Of a stretch of DNA of 64,000 nt, positions 29,507-41,742 are shown piece by piece. The position numbers and the translations under genes were made by a program. The DNA comes from Eledone cirrhosa (Eukaryota): the NCBI GenBank assembly GCA_964016885.1, contig CAXHJY010001527.1:1-64000 (forward strand), written 5' to 3'. The number at the start of each line of letters is the position of its first letter. Within the stretch, counting starts at the first letter, position 1. The notes below the pieces were generated by a model, which ran no database searches, had not been told where the DNA came from, and saw only the letters and a list, made by a program, of their open reading frames with translations.

Positions 29507-30385
29507 CAGGTGTGGACGATATTTGGTTGCAATTTTCAACTGCTAATTTTATGCAAATTTTTTTTACTTCCGTTGTTACTCTCGTCCTCATAAAAACAGT
29601 GACTATATTTCCATTATTTATTTTCAGAATAATTGATTATGAATTATTTTGACCTCCAAATTTGTGGAAAAGACACGGAGTTCTTCTTGGAATCTGTGCC
29701 GGGAGGACAAATAAGACCAGAAGATCAACTCCCAGAACAACAGGTGGCTCGCTGTCTCATCCAAAGATGTGCCCAGAGTCATGCAGACAAAGTTTCCACC
29801 GGCAACATTGGTCTTAGGTGTCGTCAGCAGTCAAGGTGTCGTCATGCCACCTCACTGCTTCCCTGGGGGCCTCAAGCTGAACACCGATGGCTACATTCGC
29901 GTTCTGAGCGAGGTAGTAAAGCCCTGGATCGTCCAGGTAGCTGCAGGTAGGCCGTACGTGTTGCAGCAAGACTCAGCGCCCTGCCATACCAGCTGAAAGA
30001 TCCAAGCCTGGCTCTCAGATAACTTCGTCGACCACACTTCCCCTGATATCTGGCCTCCCAGCTTACCTGACTCCAATCCTCTCGACTTCTTTGTGTGGGG
30101 CGCAGTGGAATGAGACACCAACAGATCCAGCTGCAATACAAAAGACGATCTGAAGGCCATGATGATAAGTGCCTTTAGGGGCCTAAGTCAGGGGACAGTG
30201 ACGAAGGCCTGTAGCCGGTTTAGAGGCTGTCATCAAAGCCAATGGCAGGTCTATCGAGTGAGATTGAAAGAACAAGTTATGAAGACAAACTGACCCAAGT
30301 TTGATAAATAAACCTTAAAAAACAAAACTACTGTGTTATTCTTTCCTAGACAGTAATCTTGCGAATAATTATCGTCCGCACCCTG
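29507..30385 (+). mobile_element. DD37D mariner remnant, mirror copy
   Basis: Same TIRs, same internal deletion and same TGA after QQDSAPCHTS. Confidence 0.85.
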
Positions 30386-30415
30386 TATATATACATATAT
30401 AATATATGATATATA

Positions 30416-30464
<49 letters not shown>

Positions 30465-31927
30465 AAAAGGGGATGCCCTGGAGAGGAGCAATTATAGGGG
30501 TATAAAACTGATGGATCGGGTTATGAAAGTGGCAGAAAGGATATTAACACAACTAATTAGAGAAAGGGTCAAACTAGATGAGATGCAGTTTGGTTTTGTG
30601 CCTGGGAAGAGTACAACAGATGCCCTCTTCTTGGTAAGACAATTGCAAGAGAGGTTCTTAGAGAAGAATAAGCCGCTATAATTAGCCTTTGTTGACCTAG
30701 AGAAGGCCTTTGATAGGGTACCCCGATCTGTCATCTGGTGGTCCCTAAGGAAACTAGGTGTTGAGGAATGGCTTGTGAGGACAGTGCAAACTATGTACAG
30801 AGGTACTCTCAGTAAAGTCAGGGTAGGAATGGAGTTTAGTGAGGAATTCCAGATACAAGTAGGAGTACATCAAGTTTCCGTCCTCAGCCCGCTTTTGTTC
30901 ATTATAGTCCTCCAAGCCATAACAGAGAAGTTTAAGACTGGCTGTCTATGCTGACGATCTGGTTCTTATAGCAGAATCAGTAGAGGAGCTAGAGAATAAA
31001 TTCTGGCTATGGAAACAGCAGTTGGAAGCAAGAGGACTGAGGGTGAACCTAGCTAAGACAAAAGTGTTGATGAGGAGAAAAGAAGACAAAACTCTTATTC
31101 CATCAGGGAAATGGCCATGTTCGATATGCAGAATAGGAACTGGCATAAATTCTATAAAATACACACAATGCAGATCCTGGGTACACAAGAGATGTAGCTG
31201 GATAGCAGGCAAACTAACAGGTAGGGAGAAATATGTATGCAGTAAATGTAGAGGGAAATTAGACAGTAGAAGTCGCATTGATAGACACATTTTTCAAATG
31301 CAAGAGGGCGCTATAGAAGTGGTGGATAGCTTCCGGTACCTAGGAGATCAGATTAGCATGGGAGGGGGTGTTCCGAGGCCATAGTATCTAGAATAAGGAC
31401 GGGTTGGAAGAAGTTTAGGGAGCTGCTTCTTCTGCTGACGAAGAAGGGTTTCTCCCTGCATACGAAAGGCTGGTTGTATGATGCCTGTGTCAGGAGCGCG
31501 ATGCTGCATGGTAGTGAGACATGGGCAGTAACTGCAGAGGATATGTGATGGCTGAAGAGAAATGAGGCAAGCATGCTCCATTGGATGTGCAGTGTAAATG
31601 TGCTTGAACGACCCGGCATAAAACTGTTGAGAGAGAAACTGTGTCTGAGAGGGATAGAGTGTAGTGTGTGGGAGAGAAGACTGAGGTGGTATGGACATGT
31701 GATGCACATGGAGGAGGACCAATGGGTGAAGAAGTGCCAGTTGAAGACGTGGTAGAGATAGACCAACAAAAACATGGGCGGAGGTGGTGAGAACAGACCT
31801 CAGATCATTGAAGCTCATGGTGGAGATGACGAAGGACCGTGACGAGTGGAGAGATGTTGTGCTGAATAAGAACCGTCCCACACTTGCAAGCAGGGAAAAG
31901 AGGACGTAAAATGATGATGATGATGAT
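30465..31927 (+). mobile_element. 5'-truncated RTE LINE, right-arm-specific insertion in (TA)n
   Basis: RT motifs, PHD (CSICRIG..HKRC), (GAT)n tail; absent from the mirror position 23480-23600. Confidence 0.88.
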
Positions 31928-34665
31928 ATATATATATATATATCATCATCAACACTGTTTTACGTCCGTTCTTCTATGCTAGCATGGGTTAGACGGGTTG
32001 TCATGTTGTGGGCAGTGTCCGGTTGGCTGACCTTGTCTTGCTCATACAGGAACTGATTTTGGCTTGATTTCTACAGCTGGATGCCCTTCCAAACACCAAC
32101 CTCATTTACAGTGATTGCTGGGTACTTTTCTTCCGTGGTGCCTACATGTCCACTTTATAGTGTGGGTTGATATATATATAAAATATATTTAATATATATA
32201 TATGTGTGATATATATATATAACATATATATATATTATAATATATATAACATATATATATATATAATATAATTTATATAACATATATATATAATATAATA
32301 TATATATCTATATATCTAAAATAGAGAATGCCTAAAACTCAAGAACCACCCAACCGATTGTTTTCAAACCTTACACATGTAATACTTATAGTCCTGTGAG
32401 TGTTTTGAGTAGAAAAATTTCAAATTTTCAATGCCCTAGGGACCGCATTAGGCGATTTAGCGATCTCCGGGCCATGTTGCTAGTAATATATATATAATAT
32501 ATATGGCTCAGTGGTTAGAGCATTGGGCTTGTAATTGAAAGGTTGTGAGTTCAATTCTCAGACCGGGTGATGTGTTATGTCCTTGAGCAAGACACTTTAT
32601 TTCAAGTTGCTCCTTCTACCTGGAGTTGTGACCAATAGATAGTATTAGCAATTGGAAAGACCAATGGAAACATTGTTTCTACGGTCCAATTTGACGAAAG
32701 TCGATCGACTGACGATATATGTATATATATATATTATACATATATATATAATATATATATATATGTGTCACTTGCTGGATCTGCTAGAAGGACCCAGATA
32801 ATATGAGATGTTCTCCCGGCTGTATCATATACTGCAAATCTATGCAGATGTATACACATATATACACAAACACATAAAGATACACATGTAATTATACACA
32901 CATAGAAGTGGTTGATAGCTTCTGTGACTTAATTAGCAGTGGAGGATGACTGTATAACACCTGCCAATAAAATATGATGCTGCATGGTAGTGAAACAAGG
33001 GCTGTGACAGGAGAAATAAAGTGTAGACTGGAGAGAAATGAAGCAACCATGCTTCATTGGATGTGCCATTTAAGTGTGAGAGAAAGGCAGATCTCGGACA
33101 AGTTCAAGAAGAAGCTGGGTTTAAGAGGGAACTTAAGAGATGTGTAAGAGAGAAGACTGCATTGGTACGGACATGTGATACACATGGATAATGACAGCTG
33201 GGTGAAGAAGTGCCAGGACATCCCAGTAGAAGGAAGCCATAGTAGAGGTAGACCAAGAAAGACCTGGACAGAGGCTGTGTGAACTGACTTCAAATGACTG
33301 ACTCTCACAGAGGAGATGACAAAGGAACACGACAAGTTCAAAGATGCCATGTTGAGAAGGACATGTCCAACCCAAGGAAGCATGGAAAAACAGACATAAA
33401 AACAGTGTTGATGAAGATGACGTACATATACACACATACATAATAAATAAATCAAATACAGATATGCACAGTGGAGGCACATGGCTTAATTGGCCTTGCA
33501 ATCAAAAGGTTGTGAGTTCAATTCTCAGACTGTGTGATGTGTTGTTTCCTTGAGCAAGACACTTTATTTCACATTGCTCCAGGTTACTCAGCTGTAGAAA
33601 TGAGATGATAGGTACTGGGGTTCATATCATTCCACAGTAAAGTGGCTGTGGAGGTGCCACAGCAAAAAAGCACCCAGCACTCTCTGTAAATGAGGTTGGT
33701 GTTAGGAAGGGCATCCAGCTGTAGAAATCAAGCCAGAATCAGTTCAGTCCCACCCTTGCAAGCAGGGAAAAGTGGACGTAAAATGTTGATGATGATATGC
33801 ACATACTTATATACAAACATATACATGGACACAAATTTCTACACACATACATTCACATATATATAGCATATGTCAATTCTGAACAATACAGTTTTGTCAG
33901 CACAAGTCTTGGTTACAACTTCTACAAATGAAATGAAAGGAGAATAATTTCTTAGTAAAGCAGTTTTATTCAAGACATTAAGAACATTGGTGGCACAATT
34001 TTAGGTGAGTGACATGGTTTTTATCTTGTCTGATTGTGTTTGTGTTGCATCAAGTAACCTTTACAAGAGAATTATTTACCACAGACACCACAGTGATATG
34101 GTTCCTCTCCTGTATATGTTAGTGTGTAGGGAACCCACAACATTTACTACAGATATCACAGTGATATAGTTCCTCTCCTGTATATTAGTGTCTAGTGAAA
34201 CCACAACTTATAGAGAATGATTTATCACAGACATCACAGTGATATGGTTCCTCTCCTGTATGTTAGTGTTTAGTGACACCAAAATTAGAAAATGATTTAC
34301 ATGGGCTGAGGTGGTAAGGGCAGACCTCTGAAGCTCAAGGTGTAGATGACAAAGGACCGTGACAAGTGGAGAGATGCTGTGTTGAATAGGACTCATCCCA
34401 CCCTTGCAAGCAGGGAAAAGCAGACGTAAAATGATGATGATGATGATATGTTTTCCCTCATCTATGCATATATTTAGTTAAATTGCTGCATTAAAAGATA
34501 TATTTTCCAAACATATCAAAGTGATATGGCTTCCCACCTGTATATGTTTGTGTGAAGTTAATGTAGCATTGAAACAGAATGATTTACCATAGATATTACA
34601 CTGATATATATTTGTATTCTCATTAATTCACAATGTTGAGAGGATTTATCACTGATGTCAATGCA

Positions 34666-36444
34666 TTAAGATTTCTCCTCTGCATGTATGAGTTTGTGAG
34701 TAGTTAGGCTACTTTTCCCAGAGAATGATATACCACAGATATCACAGTGATATGGCTTGTCTCCTGTATGGGTACGTTTGTGTCTAGTTAAGGTACTACT
34801 TCGAGAGAATGATTTACCACAGATATCACAGTGGTATGGCTTGTCTCCAGTATGTATACGTTTGTGGCTAGTTAAGGCACTACTTTGAGAGAATGATTTA
34901 CCACAGATATCACAGTGGTATGGCTTGTCTCCTGTATGGGTACGTTTGTGTCTAGTTAAGGTACTACTTAGAGAGAATGATTTACCACAGATATCACAGT
35001 GGTATGGCTTGTCTCCTGTATGTATACGTTTGTGGCTAGTTAAGGCACTACTGAGAGAGAATGATTTACCACAGATATCACAGTGGTATGGCTTGTCACC
35101 TGTATGGGTATGTTTGTGTCGAGTTAAGGTACTACTATCAGAGAATGATTTACCACAGATATCACAGTGGTATGGTTTGTCTCCTGTATGTATACGTTTG
35201 TGGGAAGTTAACTGACTACTTTGAGAGAATGATTTACCACAGATATCACAGTGGTATGGCTTGTCACCTGTATGGGTACGTTTGTGTCTAGTTAAGGCAA
35301 TAGTTTCAGAGAATGATTTACCACAGATATCACAGTGGTATGGCTTGTCTCCTGTATGTATATGTTTGTGTCTAGTTAAGTGACTACTTTGAGAGAATGA
35401 TTTACCACAGATGTCACAGTGGTATGGCTTGTCTCCTGTATGGGTACGTAAGTGTTTAGTTAATGCATCACTTGGACGGAATGTTTTACCACAGATATCA
35501 CAGTGGTATGGCTTGTCTCCTGTATGTATACGTTTGTGGCTAGTTAAGTTACCACTTTGATAGAATGATTTACCACAGATATCACAGTGGTATGGCTTGT
35601 CACCTGTATGGGTACGTTTGTGTCTAGTTAAGTTAACACTTTGATAGAATGATTTACCACAGATATCACAGTGATATGGCTTGTCTCCTGTATGTATACG
35701 TTTGTGGCTAGTTAAGTTACCACTTTGATAGAATGATTTACCACAGATATCACAGTGATATGGCTTGTCTCCTGTATGTATACGTTTGTGGCTAGTTAAG
35801 TAACTACTCTCAGAGAATGATTTACCACAGATATCACAGTGATATGGCTTGTCTACTGTATGTATATGTTTGTGTCTAGTTAAGGTACTACTTTGAGAGA
35901 ATGATTTACCACAGATGTCACAGTGGTATGGCTTGTCTCCTGTATGGGTACGTTTGTGTCTAGTTAAGTTACCACTTTGATAGAATGATTTACCACAGAT
36001 ATCACAGTGATATGGCTTGTCTCCTGTATGTATACGTTTGTGGCTAGTTAAGTTACCACTTTGATAGAATGATTTACCACAGATATCACAGTGGTATGGC
36101 TTGTCTCCTGTATGGGTACGTAAGTGTTCAGTTAATGCATCACTTCGAGGGAATGTTTTACCACAGATATCACAGTGATATGGCTTCTCACCTGTATGTA
36201 AATGGTTGTGACTAGTTAGGTTACTTTTCTCAGAGAATGATTTACTACAGATATTACAGTGATATGGTTTGTCTCCTGTATGTATAACTTTGTGAGTAGT
36301 TAAGGTACTACGTATATTGAATGATTTACCACAGATATTGCAGTGATATGGTTTCTCTTCTCCAACCTTTGTCATCTCACCAGGAATACTAAACATTTTC
36401 GATTGTGTTTCGCATTTAACCTTTTCACTCAATTTATTTTCCAT
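34666..36444 (-). CDS. C2H2 zinc-finger protein, 20 tandem fingers, no recognisable effector domain (592 aa, single coding exon)
   Basis: Open frame: ~32-aa N-terminus then 20 x CxxC-x12-H-x3-H with TGDKPY linkers; TTTCAG acceptor upstream at 36622-36624 (-). Confidence 0.92.
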   Translation of the reverse strand: MENKLSEKVKCETQSKMFSIPGEMTKVGEEKPYHCNICGKSFNIRSTLTTHKVIHTGDKPYHCNICSKSFSEKSNLTSHNHLHTGEKPYHCDICGKTFPRSDALTEHLRTHTGDKPYHCDICGKSFYQSGNLTSHKRIHTGDKPYHCDICGKSFYQSGNLTRHKRTHTGDKPYHCDICGKSFSQSSTLTRHKHIHTVDKPYHCDICGKSFSESSYLTSHKRIHTGDKPYHCDICGKSFYQSGNLTSHKRIHTGDKPYHCDICGKSFYQSVNLTRHKRTHTGDKPYHCDICGKSFYQSGNLTSHKRIHTGDKPYHCDICGKTFRPSDALTKHLRTHTGDKPYHCDICGKSFSQSSHLTRHKHIHTGDKPYHCDICGKSFSETIALTRHKRTHTGDKPYHCDICGKSFSQSSQLTSHKRIHTGDKPYHCDICGKSFSDSSTLTRHKHTHTGDKPYHCDICGKSFSLSSALTSHKRIHTGDKPYHCDICGKSFSLSSTLTRHKRTHTGDKPYHCDICGKSFSQSSALTSHKRIHTGDKPYHCDICGKSFSRSSTLTRHKRTHTGDKPYHCDICGISFSGKSSLTTHKLIHAEEKS

Positions 36445-37888
36445 AATAATTTCATCTCCAACAGAATATACTTGTAATATTTTTTACATTATATTCCTAA
36501 AAAATATATCTTCTATATTTCCCTCAACTGTGATTTCAGTTAATAGTCTTCAAATGATGATAAATAGAGGTGATGTATCCGAGATTGAAAATAATAATTT
36601 ATCCCAATGTCATCTGGTATTCTGAAATAAGAAAGAAACAGTATGAGATAATAGAGAATACTTAAGAAGCAGAGATAGATTTAACAGTGGAAATTTTATA
36701 TTTCTATATTGGTAAACTGTAGATATCAACTTTCCTATCCAATGCAAACAGTAGTATTCCAGCATGCTCTATAAATGTCATCCTTCTATCTCTAGAGAAG
36801 TCTGCTCTATGGCAGTTTAGTGAAAATTTCATTCTGATAGGACTCTCTAATATAGCTATTATCTCCTCTCCTGGTGACATGTCAACACCAGTTTAACTTC
36901 CATCTTTTTATTAGTAGGAGTCAATTGTTCCTCTACATCTTTATCTTACTTCTTTTCTATCTTTCTCTGGGAGAAATCGGCCGTGTTTAGACCAGGAGTT
37001 ACGAGTCTATATGAATCCATACAATATATGATTTCACTTGAAGCTTTATTCAGATTTCAATTGTGTTCAGATGAGAGAGGTGATGGGCTCCATCAGGTTT
37101 TAAAATATGCCCGAGAAATACTGTATGTCACTTAGTGTACCCCTACGACTCCACCAGTGTTTCATTTGTTTAGGACTATGTCTGGGTTAGCCAGCCAAGT
37201 ATCAGTAGAAGGGAAAACAGGGACCTGATCCCCTCAGAAAAATGGCCTTGCTCAGTGTGCTAGAAAGGTGTAGGTAGAAATTCCATTCTCTGTCCAAAAT
37301 ACAAACAATGGGTACACACGAGATGTAGTGGGATCTCAAGTAGGTTAGCTAAGAAAATAGGTTTCACATGAGGCCATTGCACAGGAGCAGTAAGCAGCAA
37401 ACATTCACAGGAAGCAACGATTGACTTTCGTCAAATTGGACCGAGGAAACAGTGTTTCCATTGGTCTTTCCAATTGCTAATACTATTTATTAGTCACAAT
37501 TCCAGGTAGAAGGAGCAATGTGAAATAAAATGTCTTGCTCAAGGACATAACGCATCACCTGGATGGTTAATCGAACTCACAATCTCACAATTGCGAATCC
37601 AATTCTCTAACCACTCAGCCACACGCCTTCACAGGAAACAAGCTCTAACAAACTCTTGGATGGTTACTTAGAAGAGGTAGACAGCTTCTGTTACCTGGGT
37701 GATGATATCATCAGTGGAGGTGGGTGTTCTGAAAGTAGAGCAGCCTGAGTGAACATGGAATGGAAAAGGTTCCGGAGCTACTACCACTGCAACTTACTAA
37801 AGGCTTTTTCCTCAACACAAAGGGCATGTTGAATAATGTGTGTATACGAACAGTTTCATATATATATATATATATATATTTATATAAT

Positions 37889-37919
<31 letters not shown>

Positions 37920-38026
37920 CATCATCATCATCATCATCATCAGGTTTAGCGTCCGTGTTCCACGCTTGCATGGGTTTGGACGGGGGTTTTCCCACTTGAG
38001 GCAAGAGTGGTTGTCTTGCTCGCATA

Positions 38027-38256
38027 GGACTGTCTGGCGGGTTTTCTACAGTTGGATGCCCTTCCTAACACCAACCACATTTACAGTGTGGGGCTGGGAG
38101 GTTTTTACCGTGTTGCCTACACGGCCACATTACAGCGTGGACTGTCTGGCGGGTTTTCTACAGCTGGATGCCCTTCCTAACACCAACCACATTTACAGTG
38201 TGGGGCTGGGAGGTTTTTACCGTGTTGCCTACACGGCCACATTTACAGCGTGGACT
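38027..38256. repeat. ~112-bp tandem duplication in the RTE 3' UTR
   Basis: GGACTGTCTGGCGGGTTTTCTACAG..CACGGCCACATT occurs twice. Confidence 0.85.
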
Positions 38257-38426
38257 GTGTGTTTTTTGTCGTGACACCTACACGATCTCATTTGTTTCGG
38301 CCTGGATGTTGTGGGACCAACATAACTTTACATTGAAAGGGGCGGTGTGGGTGGGGTGGAGGTGGTGGGACGGGGGTGTGTTTTGATAGAGGTGCCTACT
38401 GACTGTAGTAGGTTTTTACTTTGTAT

Positions 38427-41400
38427 TTAGGTAAGGCGGGTCTTCTCTATTACTGAGTACCGCCAAAGGTCTCGGTCCAGTGACATTGTCTTGGAGAGGT
38501 GTAAGCGTGTGAGGTCGGAATTTATCAGCTCGTCCCATGTTTTTCTGGGTCTGCCTACTCCGTGGCTACCCTCTATCTTTATTGCCCTGCACTTTGTTAT
38601 ACAGCTGTCGTCTTTCATGCGCATCACGTGACCGTACCAACGTAACCTTCTCTCGAGTAAACAACATCTGATCCCTCTTATTTCTAATTTTTTCCTTAGT
38701 TCGTTTATGCTTTGCCGTTCACGTATATTACTATTGCACATCCAGCGGAGCATGCAAGCTTCGTTCCTCTCTAGTCTGCGTATATCCTCTGCACACAATG
38801 CCCAGGTCTCACTGCCATGCAGCATTGCTGTTCGTATGCAGGCATCGTATAACCTGCCTTTCATTTTTAGGGAGAACCCTCTAGCGGCTAATAGTGGTAT
38901 AAGCTCTCTGAACTTTTTCCATCCAGTTCTGACTCTAGCTACTGTACTTTCAGAGCACCCTCCCCCACTGCTGATTTTGTCACCCAGATAACGGAAGCTG
39001 TCCACTATTTCTATAGAACCCTCTGCGCAGATGAAGGAGCTAGTATTTTGTGGGCACTTGCTGCTACTTATTGCACCAGAGCACCGGCCACATGTAAAAT
39101 CTATGTTCTTAGTTAGCTTACCTGTGATCCCACTACATCTTTTATGCACCCATACTTTGCATTTGGGACATAAAATGGAGTTTCTACCTACGCCTTTCCT
39201 ACACACTGAGCATGGCCATTTCCCCGATGGGACCGCCGCCTTATTTTCTTTCCTACAAACTAGAACTTTAGTCTTAGCCAGGTTAATTTTAAGGCCTTTT
39301 GATTCTAGGCCGTGCTTCCACGTTTGGAATTTCTTCTCTAGTTCGGTCATTGATTCAGCTATGAGCGTTAGATCATCTGCGTATAGGAGTTCCCATGGGC
39401 AGCCGGTCTTGAACTCCTCTGTTATAGCCTGAAGGGCAATAATAAATAGTAGGGGGCTAAGTACAGAGCCCTGATGGACACCAACTTTTACGCTAAACTC
39501 TTCACTATATTCGTTGTTAATTCTAACCTTACTGACTGTTTCTTTATACATGGCTTGTATAGCTCTCACAAGCCATTCGTCAACACCTAGTTTTCTAAGA
39601 GACCACCAGATAATGGAACGGGGGACTCTGTCGAAGGCTTTCTCCAAGTCGACAAAAGCTAAGTATAGGGGTTTACTTTTAGCTAGGTACTTCTCCTGTA
39701 GTTGTCGTACAATGAAAAGAGCGTCTGTGGTACTTTTGCCTGACACAAACCCGAACTGCATTTCATCTAGATCAATTCTCTCTCTGATTAGTTGCGCTAT
39801 TACTTTTTCCGTGACCTTCATGACCTGGTCGATTAATTTAATGCCTCTATAGTTACTCCTATCTAGGGCATCTCCTTTTCCCTTATAGCAGTTAACGATG
39901 ATGCTGCTACGCCATTCCTTCGGAACAACCCCATTCTGTACGACTTGGTTAACTATCCGGGTGACCATGGTGTGTCCCACCGAACCAGATGCCTTCAGCA
40001 TCTCAGCAACTATTTCCGAAGGCCCAGCCGCCTTACCCGTCTTCATATCTTTGATTGCCTTACTTATTATACTACCTTCAACTAACACTGCTGGTCCCTC
40101 TATTGGATCGATCTGGGGGAGACTGTCTTTCTCCCATTTGTTCTCCTCATTTAGAAGCCTTTCGTAGTGACACTTCCAAGCTACCTTCTTATCAGCGTCG
40201 GTGATGGCAAGTATGCCATCATCGTTAAGTACACACTTCTCCCCGACAATATCACGGTTTTCCTTGACACATTGCCTGGCAATCCTGAACACCTCACGTT
40301 TTTGGTCCTCACGTTGTAGAACATGCTTGAACTTTCTTTCCTCTGCTTCCCTTCTAGCTTCCCTCTTGGCCACTTGATAGTCTTCTCTACTTCCCCCATC
40401 CCGCCATACTTTCCAAGCCTGCTTTTTGGCCTTAATTGACTCCTCCACCTTACTGTTCCACCACCATGTTACTCTCCTCCTACCTACAGGCCTGCTCCAG
40501 CCACAGACTTCGTCTGCCGCCGTCAGCAGGTTTGCTCTCAGGAATTCCCACTGTTCCTCTATATTATACGACTCTAATTGCTCTTCCTTACTGTCGAAAG
40601 CGTCAAGTAATTTGCTTTGAAATTTATTTCTGGCTATGGGGTCCTTTAGCTTCCATATTTTTCTCCTGAGGATAGTCCTCTTTCGCTGTCTAGTACGTCT
40701 CGTCCTGACTATGAGGTCGCTAATTATCAGTCTATGTTGGGAGGTGAATTCTTCATGGGGGTGGGATTTAGTGTTAACAACAGACACTCTGTCACGTCTT
40801 CTGGTAAGGATATAATCTACCTGGCTTGTGTGTTCCCCCGATCTATAGGTGATCAAGTGATTGTCTCGTTTTTTGAAGTTAGTGTTACAGATAGTTAAGT
40901 TATTTGCGTCGCAGAATTCCAGGATTCTGGAGCCTTCCTCATTTCTAGTACCGAACCCATAGCCTCCATGGATTCCGTCATAGCCGTCACAATGTTGTCC
41001 AACGTGACCATTTAGGTCGCCTGCAATAACTATATAGTCACTGTCGGTTATTTGGGAGGTAGCGAGCATCAGTGTCTCGTAGAATCTGTCTTTTATAGTG
41101 CGGGGCTGTCCGGATTGGGGTGCGTACGCAGATATTACTGTCACCGTAGTTTTATTGAGGACAAGTCTTATTTTAATTATTCTGTCGTTCACTCTATTTA
41201 CGTCTATTATCTTATCTGCCCACTTTTCTGCTACCATGATTCCTACCCCACCCAACCCATTGTCATTTCCCACCCAGAAAAGCTTATAGCATCGCTCTTT
41301 ACCCACGATGAATCTAGCCGACCCTCCCCTCCACCTGGTCTCTTGAATACAACAAACATCGACCTCCTTACGTTCAAGCATTTCTACAACCTCGTTAGAG

Positions 41401-41651
41401 CGACCCTTTAAGGTGCCTACATTCATGGTACCAACTCTGAAGTTTTGGATTGCGTTTGGAGGGTGGGAGCGGTGGGGCGCGGGGGGGGATGGGGTTATGT
41501 TAGCCATCCTGGGCCGAAACAAGGAGGAGTGCTTGCATTCTCGTCCACGAGGTGAATTTGGCTTTATCTTTGGCATTGTCGCTGAGCGTCCACATTTTTC
41601 TCTCTTCAACTCTCCAGAATTCCGTAGTCCATCCATCATATCGAAAAGCAA
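38427..41651 (-). CDS. RTE LINE ORF: AP endonuclease + reverse transcriptase with an inserted PHD finger (intact, ~1074 aa)
   Basis: APE: NVGTL, CIQETRW, GDLNGH, DYIL, SQH. RT: YRGIKL, QFGF, DLEKAFDRV, QGSVLSPLLF, YADD, FRYLG. C4HC3 insertion. Confidence 0.95.
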   Translation of the reverse strand: MLFDMMDGLRNSGELKREKCGRSATMPKIKPNSPRGRECKHSSLFRPRMANITPSPPAPHRSHPPNAIQNFRVGTMNVGTLKGRSNEVVEMLERKEVDVCCIQETRWRGGSARFIVGKERCYKLFWVGNDNGLGGVGIMVAEKWADKIIDVNRVNDRIIKIRLVLNKTTVTVISAYAPQSGQPRTIKDRFYETLMLATSQITDSDYIVIAGDLNGHVGQHCDGYDGIHGGYGFGTRNEEGSRILEFCDANNLTICNTNFKKRDNHLITYRSGEHTSQVDYILTRRRDRVSVVNTKSHPHEEFTSQHRLIISDLIVRTRRTRQRKRTILRRKIWKLKDPIARNKFQSKLLDAFDSKEEQLESYNIEEQWEFLRANLLTAADEVCGWSRPVGRRRVTWWWNSKVEESIKAKKQAWKVWRDGGSREDYQVAKREARREAEERKFKHVLQREDQKREVFRIARQCVKENRDIVGEKCVLNDDGILAITDADKKVAWKCHYERLLNEENKWEKDSLPQIDPIEGPAVLVEGSIISKAIKDMKTGKAAGPSEIVAEMLKASGSVGHTMVTRIVNQVVQNGVVPKEWRSSIIVNCYKGKGDALDRSNYRGIKLIDQVMKVTEKVIAQLIRERIDLDEMQFGFVSGKSTTDALFIVRQLQEKYLAKSKPLYLAFVDLEKAFDRVPRSIIWWSLRKLGVDEWLVRAIQAMYKETVSKVRINNEYSEEFSVKVGVHQGSVLSPLLFIIALQAITEEFKTGCPWELLYADDLTLIAESMTELEKKFQTWKHGLESKGLKINLAKTKVLVCRKENKAAVPSGKWPCSVCRKGVGRNSILCPKCKVWVHKRCSGITGKLTKNIDFTCGRCSGAISSSKCPQNTSSFICAEGSIEIVDSFRYLGDKISSGGGCSESTVARVRTGWKKFRELIPLLAARGFSLKMKGRLYDACIRTAMLHGSETWALCAEDIRRLERNEACMLRWMCNSNIRERQSINELRKKLEIRGIRCCLLERRLRWYGHVMRMKDDSCITKCRAIKIEGSHGVGRPRKTWDELINSDLTRLHLSKTMSLDRDLWRYSVIEKTRLT

Positions 41652-41742
41652 CCAGTTAAGCGATAGTATGGGCCTCTGACTTATGATTGGTCCACGTAAT
41701 AATGGTGGTGCGTGGGGGCGGGAGGGAGTGATGATGGGTTGT

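Noticed and set aside
34666-36444. PRDM9 or KRAB-ZNF assignment
   Set aside because: No SET, KRAB or other effector domain is visible; no gene symbol can be assigned.
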